DNA of 64,000 nucleotides from Candidatus Altiarchaeales archaeon (GCA_014727915.1 WJMO01000011.1:21466-85465); one strand, 5' to 3'. Positions 36,901 to 46,146 are shown, counted from the first letter of the stretch. The notes: generated by a model not told the origin, from the letters alone. Translations and numbers: made by a program.

Positions 36901-38883
36901 AATCACATGGGTGGTTCGGCGGCTGGTTACCTGTCCACGGGCGGGGGGGACATACACTGGGACATAGGCAACGGAACATCATACGGCAGCGAACCCACAT
37001 GCGACGTGGCTGGCGCGAAGGAGGTCGACCTCGGCTTCAGAGGCGAGCGCGCGCTGTCTGAGAGCATGGGTTCGGGATTGTTCACCGTTGGCATCGTGTC
37101 ATCCGCAGAATATGTTGAAGGCGGGGGCGGAGTCCTCACCTCAACGGACGGGTCAAGGGGCGAAGGGCTGAGGCTTTCAGTCCAGTGGACGAGGGGCACC
37201 ACGACCACCCTCCCTTACCTGTACCTGGATGACATCTCAGATATGCAGTCCAGCAGGCGGTGCGCCTACGATGAGGGTGGCAGAAGGTACCACTGTACTT
37301 CGAGGGATATCATCGTGAACGGGACGGTCGATCTACTGGCGGTTGGGGAGAACAGCAGCCGGAACGCTGACTTCAAAGCGGACGGTAATTTCACAATAGT
37401 CGAGGGCGGAGCATTGCGGTTGGCTGGCAGGAACCTATCATGGGCTGGCAGCCACGGGATAGGGCAGCCGGACGGCGGAGACCTCACAGTCGAGGCGGGG
37501 GAGATAACAGTAGATGGGCTGTTGGACGTGAGCGGCGGCTCATACTCTTCGAAGACTTACAGCATGAATGCAGGCGACTCAGGTTCCATAACCTTGAGGG
37601 CTTCCGGGCATGTGACGGTCCTTGGCTCTATCGTAGGCGTCGGAGGTGACGTGGACGTTGAGAACTTCGAGGGCGACTTCGGGGGGAGGGGCGGTACTGT
37701 GGAGGTCATGTCAGGGAATTCAAACGTTTACTTGGGTGATGTGAGGTTGGATGCTGGCGTCTCCAACAACCAGCCCGGCCTTGATGGGGGCTCCCTCGGG
37801 GTGGAGGCCTCTGGCAGCGTCATCATCTCAAGGTTCTCGGCGGCTGGCAGCCTCTCCCAGTATGACAGCGGCGGCGATGCTGGCAGCCTATCTGTGAGGT
37901 CTGTCAATGACATAGAAGTCGGTTGTGTGAACGTGTCGGGCGGTTTTGGCGGGCTCGGAGGCGGAGGAGCGGGGGGGCTCGTGTCCTTGGAGTCTGACTT
38001 CGGGGACATAAGGCTGACCTGCGACTTCCATGGTGTTTCAGGCGGGTCTAACACCGGCTTCACCGGCCGCGCCGCGAATCTCACTTTCATGGCGCTCGGA
38101 GGTGACGTGGACTTGGACAACATAACGTTCTACCTCTACGGCGGGTCTGACGTCGGCGAGGGCGAAGGCGGTGACGGTGGATCTCTCACACTCTACGCTG
38201 CCGATGCGCTTTTGGGCTATGGTCTCAACCTCTCTGGTGGTTCTTCGGCGGGGGGGACCGGCGGCGACGGCGGAAGGGCGAGGGTCGAGTACTGCTGGGA
38301 TCATAGGAGCGCATCCTACGAGGATGTCAGAGGGGGTCCGGGGCCGTTGTATGATGGTGTTAACGGTTCCGTGACTTTGGTGTCTCAGCCCAGCTGGTGC
38401 ACGGTCGCGTCCATCACCACCACGACTACGACGTTGCCGGAGCCCATCACGGTTTCGTTGAGGGACCGGGGTAGGATGGCTGAGATGGGCTTGAAGTTCA
38501 CTGACCGGGATGGCAATGAGCTGGCGGGCTTGCCAGGGGACAGGAAGGTCCAGATCAGGGATAACGCCGGTAAGAGGATAATGGAGTTCACAGTGACGGG
38601 CGAGTTCAACCTCACATCCTTGGTGGCGACCACCTTGGACGACCGGGTCTTTGTGGACTTCGAGAGGTCAACGGGCGTGGAATTGGAGCATTCCATCTTC
38701 ATAGACGCGAGCGGCAAGCGGGGGGCGTATATCTGCCCGAACGCGGAGAGGATTAACGAGGTCTACTATGGCTGTCCGGGCATGGTGGTCTTCTACCACA
38801 TCGAGTGCATTCAGGGGTCTGCCAAGCAGGGCCTGACATGCGACGTTCACAAGGGCGATTACAGGATAAGCGGATTAACATGA
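33946..38883 (+). CDS. Giant secreted acidic multidomain adhesin-like protein, part 1
   Basis: N-terminal TM + ITGY motif; Cys-rich modules; WapA-N-like region (about 36040-36670); DNRLRE-like domain; Gly-rich GG.GG beta-helix-like region; Thr linkers; ends ICP.A...EV...C...YRISGLT*. Confidence 0.75.
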   Translation: MNPIVRPDRKSKIPEVAAVLLVLSMLSLYFMGSGITGYSVASNIYHSDSVDIALTGRSIADVTLKSKPLSLRVSGYALGGDAVDIFLKSGDDWLLIANASSMEEVEPDLDEDISEVVSLINSTAGVSEEIRTRLDYAGNSSWDADNDGRETMQSAIDFTVENTVFTGDFDEDKLCTVWEVYSVYSGNLTEMCYGNEDCCLIYGLSAAPESSWDDKFYLPYGRYSALEKNVVGAKVVYADVDLSLESQAYTIYRGGWDFKKAMFYVPKFRFTSECLETCSLKNGSRDASIMAVVGEHIKLYLDSVEYVGEGLGGVNYSFAGIRNLNVSVSNKEGDPVGHYLFTSDGETVDLKLSSEHMAADLQSSVMVITSPVELPEDPIRKTYYKEEPASTTVASEVVIYGLRNAPGAVEAVFDDVSDASVRTGVAALTEGLEFDSMTVTLPRYGGVTVVSECVDFNREEFRCLLWEPYTFNFTSTDWNVSFTSDHSGVYAGVNVSVVDYIVEYGNTTVVGARTEGDVVTWSTSIGTQYSESLEFTALLEVPDYAENISIVDDKTGLDLDFEDVSTEGSGVKTLEVMFRGSGEYTIYYITSGPLKAEHAPVEEGGLLTKRVDITSITPYEDFIIYSQAENAKASRIRLLEVLDGRSVDITDEPRFNVSLEDVDGDGGVDWVYWLLAEGGNRTFDLVIDNREKIMNWTSEYVRTYRLSDDDYLSEVSVVPVQYEGESGWVEYDTLLVDSGRSGYDLRSSGAEYTAYFSRSSYKPVRVEYDGEYVDSTPADANGVSALVSGDTIAYYGIWAGVDLYYTVTPGRLVMEAVLLNGSSQPRLPYQLDVPRTRELREDGRGGLGVYDGEGNRLFGAVQAYAVDSVGRRAEVQGGLTVKGRDYVHTLVLDEDYLEDVVYPVSVVQAWDVGVAVPSLVGDATEDGMHSNTSSIILGSVGDDVFRGYADFNVGALEDWMTLTGLKLSFNVESPLSGCDNCSCVVNHMGGSAAGYLSTGGGDIHWDIGNGTSYGSEPTCDVAGAKEVDLGFRGERALSESMGSGLFTVGIVSSAEYVEGGGGVLTSTDGSRGEGLRLSVQWTRGTTTTLPYLYLDDISDMQSSRRCAYDEGGRRYHCTSRDIIVNGTVDLLAVGENSSRNADFKADGNFTIVEGGALRLAGRNLSWAGSHGIGQPDGGDLTVEAGEITVDGLLDVSGGSYSSKTYSMNAGDSGSITLRASGHVTVLGSIVGVGGDVDVENFEGDFGGRGGTVEVMSGNSNVYLGDVRLDAGVSNNQPGLDGGSLGVEASGSVIISRFSAAGSLSQYDSGGDAGSLSVRSVNDIEVGCVNVSGGFGGLGGGGAGGLVSLESDFGDIRLTCDFHGVSGGSNTGFTGRAANLTFMALGGDVDLDNITFYLYGGSDVGEGEGGDGGSLTLYAADALLGYGLNLSGGSSAGGTGGDGGRARVEYCWDHRSASYEDVRGGPGPLYDGVNGSVTLVSQPSWCTVASITTTTTTLPEPITVSLRDRGRMAEMGLKFTDRDGNELAGLPGDRKVQIRDNAGKRIMEFTVTGEFNLTSLVATTLDDRVFVDFERSTGVELEHSIFIDASGKRGAYICPNAERINEVYYGCPGMVVFYHIECIQGSAKQGLTCDVHKGDYRISGLT

Positions 38884-41204
38884 GTTCAATGGCGAAGTTA
38901 TTGCACGGGAGGAAGGGCAGGCTGGCGTTGAGAGGTTCAGCCTACACGCTGATGTTCCTGGTATTGGTTGCGTCAGTCTACTTCACTCCTGAAGCAAGCT
39001 CCCAGGGTGGCGGTCCCCTGCCTCCTGGCTCCGGGTTCGGCGGGGGTTGGAGCATGGACACTTCGATAACCCAGTCGAACGCGAGCTTCTTCGGGGAGCG
39101 GCTTACCGTCAATTCGGGCCATAGGATATCGTTCGTCGACGACGTCAACCGCGACGGCTATGACGACATGATAATCGGCGCCTACAACGCCTACGGCGAC
39201 CCCGTCGGTTCTAAGAGGGGCGAGGTCTATCTTGTCCTGGGCAGCTGGGAGTGGCAGATGGACACGAACCTCAGCGACGTCAACGCCAGCTATGTCGGGG
39301 AGGCCGACGATGATTATGCGGGGTTTGCTCTCTCCTTTGCGGGGGACGTGAACGCAGACGGATTCGCGGACTTCCTGATAGGCGCCTATGGAAACGACGA
39401 TCCTGAGGATACCGGCGGTCAGAGCTACCTTATACTGGGCCGTGCTGAGGGTTGGAGCATGGACTCTGTTCTGACGTCCGCCAATGCGAGCTTCTTCGGG
39501 GAGCGGTCATACCAACGCTCAGGCCATGGAGTGGCAGGGGTCGGGGATGTGAACGGCGACGGCTTCGACGACTTCATAGTGTCGGCGTCATACGACAGCG
39601 AACACGGGACCAACATAGGACAGGTGTACCTTATAATGGGCAGACCCGAGGGTTGGAGCATGGACACTAACCTGAGCGAATCGAATGCGAGCTTCTTTGG
39701 CGAAGCTAACTCCGACTATGCGGGACATCATCTTTCATTGGCGGGAGTTGGTGACGTGAACTCTGATGGCTTCGACGACTTCCTCATAGGATCAGTATAC
39801 AACGACGAATTCGGGCCTAACACAGGACAGTCGTACCTCATCCTTGGGAGGCAGTTCGGGTGGGCTATGGACACGAACCTGAGCATGTCCAACGCCAGCT
39901 ATTACGGCGAAGCGACAGAAGACTACTCCTGTGTCACAGCTTCCGGTGCGGGAGACCTGAACGCCGACGGCACATTGGACTTCCTGGTGGGCGCATACTA
40001 TAACAACGAAAACGGAGAGTATTCCGGCCAGTCTTATGCGCTGTTCGGAGACAGCGGAGCCTGGACCCTGGACAACAATCTGAGCAAGTCCAATGCCAGC
40101 TTCAGGGGGGAGCGGCAGCAGAGCTATTCTGGCTGGCATCTCTCGGCCGTCGACGACGTGAACGGCGATGGCTTCGACGACTTCATGGTCGGAGCGTACC
40201 TGGACCTCGAACACGGATCTGACTCCGGCCAATCGTATATGCTCTTCGGCAAGAGCCGGGATTGGAATATGGACACAGGCCTCGGCGATTCCAACGCCAG
40301 CTTCTACGGGACAGAAACAAGCCCACATGGCGGCTCCTACTCCGGTTACGCGCTCACGGGCGTGGGGGACATGAACGCGGACGGGTTCTTCGACTTCTCC
40401 ATCGGAGCCTACAGGGAGAGCGAGCACGAGCCCCTATCCGGCCAGACTTACCTTTTCTACGGGGACAACAGCAGCTACGTGCCGATGACCATAACCTCCG
40501 TGTTGTTGGGGAATGAGAGCGATTACAGGCCGGCGGGGAACTATGTCATCGTCCCAGGATATGACAGCAGATTATACGTGAACGTGACCGCGACCGGCGG
40601 CAACGCGAACTTCCGGGATGTGGTGCGGGTGTGGGTTAACAGCAGCTCCGCGTCTAAGCCCATCAAGCTCATGTGCGTGGAGACCGGATTGGACACCAAC
40701 GAATACCACGGGGTCTTCAGCGTCCGCAAGGGAGCCAGCATACAGCGGTTCCGGAAGGTCCAGGTCGCGAACATGACCAACATAACCGTGGCGGGAGTAT
40801 ACGCGGAGGACGTAAATGACGAGATACGGGTGTTCTACGGTTTGGAGAATACTAATCCCGTATTCGGCTACTACATGTACCAGCCTAATGAGACGTTCTC
40901 CAACGACACCTACATAAGCTCACCCACCGGCGCGGACACCAACTACGGGAACAAGGAGGAACTGAAGGTCGGAAGATATGATTCGAGCAACATCTACCGG
41001 AGCCTGCTCCGCTTCGACATATCCCTGATACCCCCCGAGGCCAACGTCACACGTTCGATACTCAGCCTATACCTGTACAACGCCACGTACAGCATAGACG
41101 ACCGCCCCTACAACCTCACAGGCTCATGGCTGGAGTCCCAGGTAACCTGGAACAACCGGCAGACGGGCACGGCATGGGGTAGCGCAGGCGGAGACTACGT
41201 CTGA
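38880..41204 (+). CDS. Secreted 7-bladed FG-GAP (integrin-alpha-like) propeller protein ending in half a DNRLRE-like domain
   Basis: Start ATG 38880 (ATGA overlap); signal peptide; seven (G/D)DxNxDGxxD repeats, each preceded by W.(M/L)D.....NAS(F/Y).G; C-terminal DTYI...TNYG..L.VG..RSLLRFD...W.E..VTWNN...W...GGDYV*. Confidence 0.85.
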   Translation: MSSMAKLLHGRKGRLALRGSAYTLMFLVLVASVYFTPEASSQGGGPLPPGSGFGGGWSMDTSITQSNASFFGERLTVNSGHRISFVDDVNRDGYDDMIIGAYNAYGDPVGSKRGEVYLVLGSWEWQMDTNLSDVNASYVGEADDDYAGFALSFAGDVNADGFADFLIGAYGNDDPEDTGGQSYLILGRAEGWSMDSVLTSANASFFGERSYQRSGHGVAGVGDVNGDGFDDFIVSASYDSEHGTNIGQVYLIMGRPEGWSMDTNLSESNASFFGEANSDYAGHHLSLAGVGDVNSDGFDDFLIGSVYNDEFGPNTGQSYLILGRQFGWAMDTNLSMSNASYYGEATEDYSCVTASGAGDLNADGTLDFLVGAYYNNENGEYSGQSYALFGDSGAWTLDNNLSKSNASFRGERQQSYSGWHLSAVDDVNGDGFDDFMVGAYLDLEHGSDSGQSYMLFGKSRDWNMDTGLGDSNASFYGTETSPHGGSYSGYALTGVGDMNADGFFDFSIGAYRESEHEPLSGQTYLFYGDNSSYVPMTITSVLLGNESDYRPAGNYVIVPGYDSRLYVNVTATGGNANFRDVVRVWVNSSSASKPIKLMCVETGLDTNEYHGVFSVRKGASIQRFRKVQVANMTNITVAGVYAEDVNDEIRVFYGLENTNPVFGYYMYQPNETFSNDTYISSPTGADTNYGNKEELKVGRYDSSNIYRSLLRFDISLIPPEANVTRSILSLYLYNATYSIDDRPYNLTGSWLESQVTWNNRQTGTAWGSAGGDYV

Positions 41205-41241
41205 TAACCTGCTTTTATACTGTTTATGTATATAGTAGAAC

Positions 41242-41661
41242 ATGACAGACCATCACCCTCATAGGCAGATGAGGATACCCATAATCCTGATATTGACCCT
41301 TGCGGTGATAATACTATCCGCTCTACTTATGGTGTCCTGGAACCGGCAGAATGTCCAGTGCACGGTACCCAGCAACCTGAAGGTACAATACGACCAGCCT
41401 AGAGTCTCGCAGTTGGACGGGACTTACTGGGCGTGCAGCACCTGGGTTTGCAACCGGCTGATGACACCCGCCGAGTGGATTAACAGGTACTGTTTCGTGC
41501 AGGAACAGGATACCGTATGCGGCATCCGGGACCAGGCAGGCAACAACTACGTTGTGCCCTTGAACCAGCTGAACGTCTCCGCCATCCAGGAGTGCGCAGA
41601 GTTCCTCTGCCTCCAGGAATCCCTGGTAAGGAACGCCTCCCACATACTCCCAGCACCCTGA
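41242..41661 (+). CDS. Small Cys-rich membrane-anchored/secreted protein
   Basis: N-terminal TM, 7 Cys; preceded by TTTTATA at about 41213. Confidence 0.65.
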   Translation: MTDHHPHRQMRIPIILILTLAVIILSALLMVSWNRQNVQCTVPSNLKVQYDQPRVSQLDGTYWACSTWVCNRLMTPAEWINRYCFVQEQDTVCGIRDQAGNNYVVPLNQLNVSAIQECAEFLCLQESLVRNASHILPAP

Positions 41662-41731
41662 AAGCCAACCTCTTTTATTCCTGGAAAGCCAAATAACCTA
41701 TAATATATATTCTACTACTAGGTTGTAGGCC

Positions 41732-43648
41732 ATGGATGAGGGGATAACACTTAAAATAACCTTGAAACAGGTATTACTGGTTTCCATCCTCGGTGTTTTT
41801 CTATTGGCTCCCGTCATCTCACAGCAGGACACGCCAGGCCTCCGGGAGGAGGATGGCTTGAATCATGTGTGGTTGAAGTACCGGCTAGGGCCGGGAGTCC
41901 GCAGGAACACATTGGTTGAAGACACTGGATATTCCCTCACATATAATGCGCGGCCGTTGATGAAGCCGTTGGTTGTGAATGAGGGCGGGCATCGGGTGGA
42001 CTTGATGATCGTTAACAAGCCACCCTTTGTGGATGATGAGAAGGGCTGGTTCAACCTGTCCGAGCCCAGCGCCGAGGTCGCGTGGGCTGCGTTGACGTTG
42101 AACCTCAGCTACAACAACGCCACCATAATCTTCGAAAGAACACTCGACTTCACCAACACCTCGGTGTTCAACATCACACGGGACGTTAACCTCAGCTACA
42201 ACTGGGTGGAGATAGACACGGCCACGCTGAAGCCGCTCAACAGGCACGCGAAGATAATACTCTCCAACCTCACATTCAACGCCGTGAAGATAGAGAAGAA
42301 CTACGCCCACTGCACAGACTGCACCGTACTCAGCTACCAAGGGGGCAGGGCGGTGTTCAAGGTCGTGCCCACGCTCCTCAACTACCGGGCGGTGGAGCTC
42401 GCAGGATGGATAAACTGGGACCTCATAGACCTAACGAGCGCGTGGATAGGCAGCACAGACAACAACCTGGGCGTCATACTGGTCGGCGAAGAAGGAGAGG
42501 ACGGCACCCTAAGGCAGTACTACAGCTCCAACGACACCACATACGGGTACTACCCGAAATTGGAGGTCAACTACACCCTCCGCGACCAGACCTTCTACAA
42601 CAACGAGACCCTCACCGACGTCTGGGACCTGGACAACTACTTCCACGACCCAGAGGGCATGACCCTCTCCTATACGCAGTCAAGCGACCACCCCAACATA
42701 CAGGTGACCATCGGCGGCGACAACACCGTTGACATACAGGCGATAGACAACTTCGCAGGAACCCAGTATGTGGTGTTCACAGCCGACGACGGGCTTTCAG
42801 GAGTGGCCACAAGCAACAACGTCACACTCACGGTATTGAACGGGATAACGACCACCACGACCACTCTGGCAAACTACGATCCCATCGTGTTCGAGGTGAA
42901 GGGCCCCGACCCGGTCGCGTTGTTTGTGGGCACAGTCAAGAACGTCTCCTACAACGCCTCAATATTCGACGAGGACGGATGCGCCGAGATAGAGGCCGCA
43001 CAGGGCATATTCTGGGACACTACCACAGCAGTCCACTCAGACACTGCCGACGACAACGAACTATACAAGAACACCAGCTGCGACATCTCATGCACAGGCG
43101 ACGACGGCATAGTCAAGTGCGGGTTCAACCTGAAATACTACGCGCAGCCGTCGGCCGTCTGGGCGATCAACATATCCGTCCGCGACGACGACAACAAGTG
43201 GGCCCACAACACCACCACAGACGTGGAAGTCCAGGACCTGGTGGGCGTCAACGCCGTAGAAGGCTCCATAGACTTCAGCGCCACCGAAGGCGGCAGCATA
43301 GACCTGGGCCAATCCAGCTCGGACGACACCGTGCTGACGGTGCAGAACTACGGCAACGTCATACTGGACATGCTAGCTTCTGGCTCGGACCTAGCATGCG
43401 GCGTCGGCAGCATAGGAGTCAACAACGTAAAGTATGACTCACAGTCCGGCCAGGCCATAGGCAGCATGTGCCAGCTCACAGACGACACAGCAGACACATG
43501 CCCCGCGTTGGAGGCCAGCTACGACCTGGCCAAGACCATATCCGACACGCCCCAGGAGGACCTCATATACTGGAAGATACAGATACCCGCCTCCGGTGTC
43601 GGCGGCTCCTGCTCGGGCACGGTGACCATAACAGGTGAGAAATCATGA
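41732..43648 (+). CDS. Secreted protein: surface domain + C-half of DNRLRE-like domain + Ig/cadherin-like domain + two-domain putative fibre module
   Basis: Signal peptide; WINWDL..L..AW....N.GVIL...R.YYSS....PKLEV.Y; DLDNYF.DPEG..L.Y Ig-like; C-terminal ~260 aa aligns by eye with 46147-47136 and 47247-48239. Confidence 0.75.
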   Translation: MDEGITLKITLKQVLLVSILGVFLLAPVISQQDTPGLREEDGLNHVWLKYRLGPGVRRNTLVEDTGYSLTYNARPLMKPLVVNEGGHRVDLMIVNKPPFVDDEKGWFNLSEPSAEVAWAALTLNLSYNNATIIFERTLDFTNTSVFNITRDVNLSYNWVEIDTATLKPLNRHAKIILSNLTFNAVKIEKNYAHCTDCTVLSYQGGRAVFKVVPTLLNYRAVELAGWINWDLIDLTSAWIGSTDNNLGVILVGEEGEDGTLRQYYSSNDTTYGYYPKLEVNYTLRDQTFYNNETLTDVWDLDNYFHDPEGMTLSYTQSSDHPNIQVTIGGDNTVDIQAIDNFAGTQYVVFTADDGLSGVATSNNVTLTVLNGITTTTTTLANYDPIVFEVKGPDPVALFVGTVKNVSYNASIFDEDGCAEIEAAQGIFWDTTTAVHSDTADDNELYKNTSCDISCTGDDGIVKCGFNLKYYAQPSAVWAINISVRDDDNKWAHNTTTDVEVQDLVGVNAVEGSIDFSATEGGSIDLGQSSSDDTVLTVQNYGNVILDMLASGSDLACGVGSIGVNNVKYDSQSGQAIGSMCQLTDDTADTCPALEASYDLAKTISDTPQEDLIYWKIQIPASGVGGSCSGTVTITGEKS

Positions 43649-44841
43649 TGAAGAGAGTAATGACCGTGCTGGTGGTGTTGGCTGCTATGGCATGCACTGC
43701 CAGCGCAGTCACCCTCGGAGCCAGCCCCGCCGAAATATCCTTCATGAACGCGACCAGGGGTAGCAGGCTATCCACATACCTCACACTCAGCACGTTGGAC
43801 AACGACCTCGACTGCAGCATGGAAGCCACCGGCCAGGTCAAAGAATGGACATACCTGGGCGAGCCGTCGTTCACCATGGACCGGGGCCAGCGGACCGTCC
43901 CCGTGAGGTTCAACATACCTGAGGCAACCCCCAACGGCATATACACGGGCAGGATACTCATCACAGCCTCTCCCAAAAAAGCCGGAGTGAAAGGCACCGG
44001 CGCGGTGGTCGGAGCCGGTGTATCCGTGAAGGTCACCGTTGCGGTAGGGGGTTCGGAGAGCCTATGGTATAGGGTCATGCGGGTGAACGTCCACAACACC
44101 AACGAAGGACAGCCCATAAAGGTCCGGCTGACATTGAAGAACAGTGCAGCCCAGACGATAACGCCCAAGATAGTGCTCAAATCCCTGGACCACGACAGGA
44201 AGAACGTCTTCACAGCCTCCACATTCTCTGACCGCAGGGTCGAGGGACTCTCAAGGAAGACCATCGACCTGACCCTCCCATCCGGCTCGATGCCGCCCGA
44301 CCTTTACTGGATGAGCCTCAAAGTCGAAGTGGACGGGGAGAGCATATGGGACAGCAACGAAGCATTCTATGTGCTGCCCGAGAACAGGTCCGAGTTCGAG
44401 ACGGTGAAGGTCGTTGGCTCCCTGGACTCGGCGAGGATAGAGAACGCCAACCTCACAGTCGGCGAGCAGCTCATAGTCCGAACGACATTCAGCAACAAGG
44501 GCGAAGTCCCCCTGGCAGCCAAGATGCATGTCGACTTCATGAAAGACGGGAAGCTGGTGAAGTCCCTGGAGACCCCGAACGAATACTATGAGGTCGGCGG
44601 CTCAGGGGATTTCGCCGTAGAATACCAGCCGCCAGAACCGGGAGACTACACTGCGAGGATATGGGTGGAGTACGCGGGCATGAGAACCGCAGTAAGGGAG
44701 GCCAAGGTGAAAGTCTGGCACTACGTGCCCCTGCTGTTCAGGCTCGACCTAAACTTCTACCTGATAGCGCTACCCGTAGTCGCCATAATAGTACTATGGA
44801 TAATACTATACTATAGGAAGTACAATGTGCGAGATGAATAA
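43645..44841 (+). CDS. Membrane-anchored triple Ig-like protein, paralog 1 (DUF916/DUF3324-like architecture)
   Basis: Signal peptide ASA-VTLGASP; PNG.Y.G.I.I.A.P....G..VGAGV..KV; N.G motifs; C-terminal TM + basic tail. Confidence 0.7.
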   Translation: MMKRVMTVLVVLAAMACTASAVTLGASPAEISFMNATRGSRLSTYLTLSTLDNDLDCSMEATGQVKEWTYLGEPSFTMDRGQRTVPVRFNIPEATPNGIYTGRILITASPKKAGVKGTGAVVGAGVSVKVTVAVGGSESLWYRVMRVNVHNTNEGQPIKVRLTLKNSAAQTITPKIVLKSLDHDRKNVFTASTFSDRRVEGLSRKTIDLTLPSGSMPPDLYWMSLKVEVDGESIWDSNEAFYVLPENRSEFETVKVVGSLDSARIENANLTVGEQLIVRTTFSNKGEVPLAAKMHVDFMKDGKLVKSLETPNEYYEVGGSGDFAVEYQPPEPGDYTARIWVEYAGMRTAVREAKVKVWHYVPLLFRLDLNFYLIALPVVAIIVLWIILYYRKYNVRDE

Positions 44842-44876
44842 AACGATATTAACTATAAAGACCAAGACTTAACACG

Positions 44877-46124
44877 ATGAGATCAAGGCTCCTAACCCTG
44901 GTGGTGGCTCTGTTCATGTTCTCCAGCACAGCTTCTGCGGTCGCCATAGGCGCGGGACCATCCACGATAGACTTCGGGAAGATGGTGAAGGGCGGGTACG
45001 CTGAGAAGGAGATAACCGTGAGCACGAGCGGCGAGGAGGACCTCACCTGCACCATCGAATTCACGGGCGACATGGCGGAGTGGATGAGCATCGAAGGCGA
45101 GGACGACATGAAATTCGACCTCCCATCGGACAGCAGGTACAAGCTGAACGCGATAGTGCGACCCCCACCGAACGTCCCCAACGGAAGGTACGGGGGTGCC
45201 ATATACATCAAGGCCGCTCCCACAAGCTCCATGCAGGACGGAACAGGACTTGTCGTAGGGGCAGGCGTGAAGATACAGGTGGGCGTCGAGATAACCGGAA
45301 AGGAGGACATAGGGTTGATTGTTGAGTCCGTCCGCGTGGAAGACACGGAAGTGGAGTACCCGATAAAGGTCCTCGTCGACATCAGGAACTCTGGCAACGT
45401 CCAGCTCAAGCCGAAGTTCAAAGTCGACATAAAGGACCAGGCAGCCAAGGTGCTGGTCTCTGGAGAATACGACCGGTCCGAGATCCTGCCCACCAGAAGG
45501 GAGAACATAGAATTCACACTATCCTCGGAGGACTTTGACGCAGGAAAGTACAACGCCGAAGTCAGCATATACGCCCGGGACAAGCTAATGCACAACCAGG
45601 TCGTGGCGTTCAACATGCTCCCTGAGGGATCATGGAGCATAAGCGGAGAGCTAGGAGAGATAACGCTGTTGCCCGAGTCCTCAAAGCCCGGGGAGCTGGT
45701 GAAAGTAGTCTCCGAATTCAAGAACAGCGGCGAAACCAAGGTCGCCGCGAAATTCAAGGGCGAGGCCATGCTAGACAACAAGATCGCAGGCTCCCTGGAG
45801 AGCGATGAGCTGACCGTGGCGCCAGGCAAGTCCGTACAGTTGGAATCATATTATACGGCCCAAAACCCGGGCAACTACGTGATACGCGGATACGTCCTAT
45901 ATGAGGGCGAGAAGACAGAGACAAAAGGCGTGGTTTTGGTCGTTGAAGGAGGAGGTTCAGCCCAGAACTACCTCATATACGTTGTCGCAGCGGTTCTATT
46001 GTTGGTTGTAGTTGGAGTCTACAAGTTTGTCAAAGGAGGAGACGACGAATATGGTGGCGGCTACTATGACGGAGGCTACCAATACCCGAATGATGGATCC
46101 GGCTACCCTGAAGGCCGACAGTAG
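44877..46124 (+). CDS. Membrane-anchored triple Ig-like protein, paralog 2
   Basis: ASA-VAIGAGPSTIDFGKMVKGGYAE; PNGRYGGAIYIKAAP; C-terminal TM and Tyr/Gly-rich tail. Confidence 0.72.
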   Translation: MRSRLLTLVVALFMFSSTASAVAIGAGPSTIDFGKMVKGGYAEKEITVSTSGEEDLTCTIEFTGDMAEWMSIEGEDDMKFDLPSDSRYKLNAIVRPPPNVPNGRYGGAIYIKAAPTSSMQDGTGLVVGAGVKIQVGVEITGKEDIGLIVESVRVEDTEVEYPIKVLVDIRNSGNVQLKPKFKVDIKDQAAKVLVSGEYDRSEILPTRRENIEFTLSSEDFDAGKYNAEVSIYARDKLMHNQVVAFNMLPEGSWSISGELGEITLLPESSKPGELVKVVSEFKNSGETKVAAKFKGEAMLDNKIAGSLESDELTVAPGKSVQLESYYTAQNPGNYVIRGYVLYEGEKTETKGVVLVVEGGGSAQNYLIYVVAAVLLLVVVGVYKFVKGGDDEYGGGYYDGGYQYPNDGSGYPEGRQ

Positions 46125-46146
46125 GCTCGGCCAAGGATATAATGCT

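Noticed and set aside
39040-40460. Recurring nucleotide words (gggttggagcatggac, ggcttcgacgacttc) at ~200-bp spacing, superficially CRISPR-like
   Set aside because: They are in-frame coding repeats of the FG-GAP blades. Spacing and degeneracy do not fit CRISPR and no cas genes are present.
38880-42400. Introns, inteins or excisable elements at the two split points
   Set aside because: No bulge-helix-bulge, convincing direct repeat (only a 6-bp cgcagg), recombinase or intein C/HN motifs were seen. The intervening DNA encodes plausible signal peptides.
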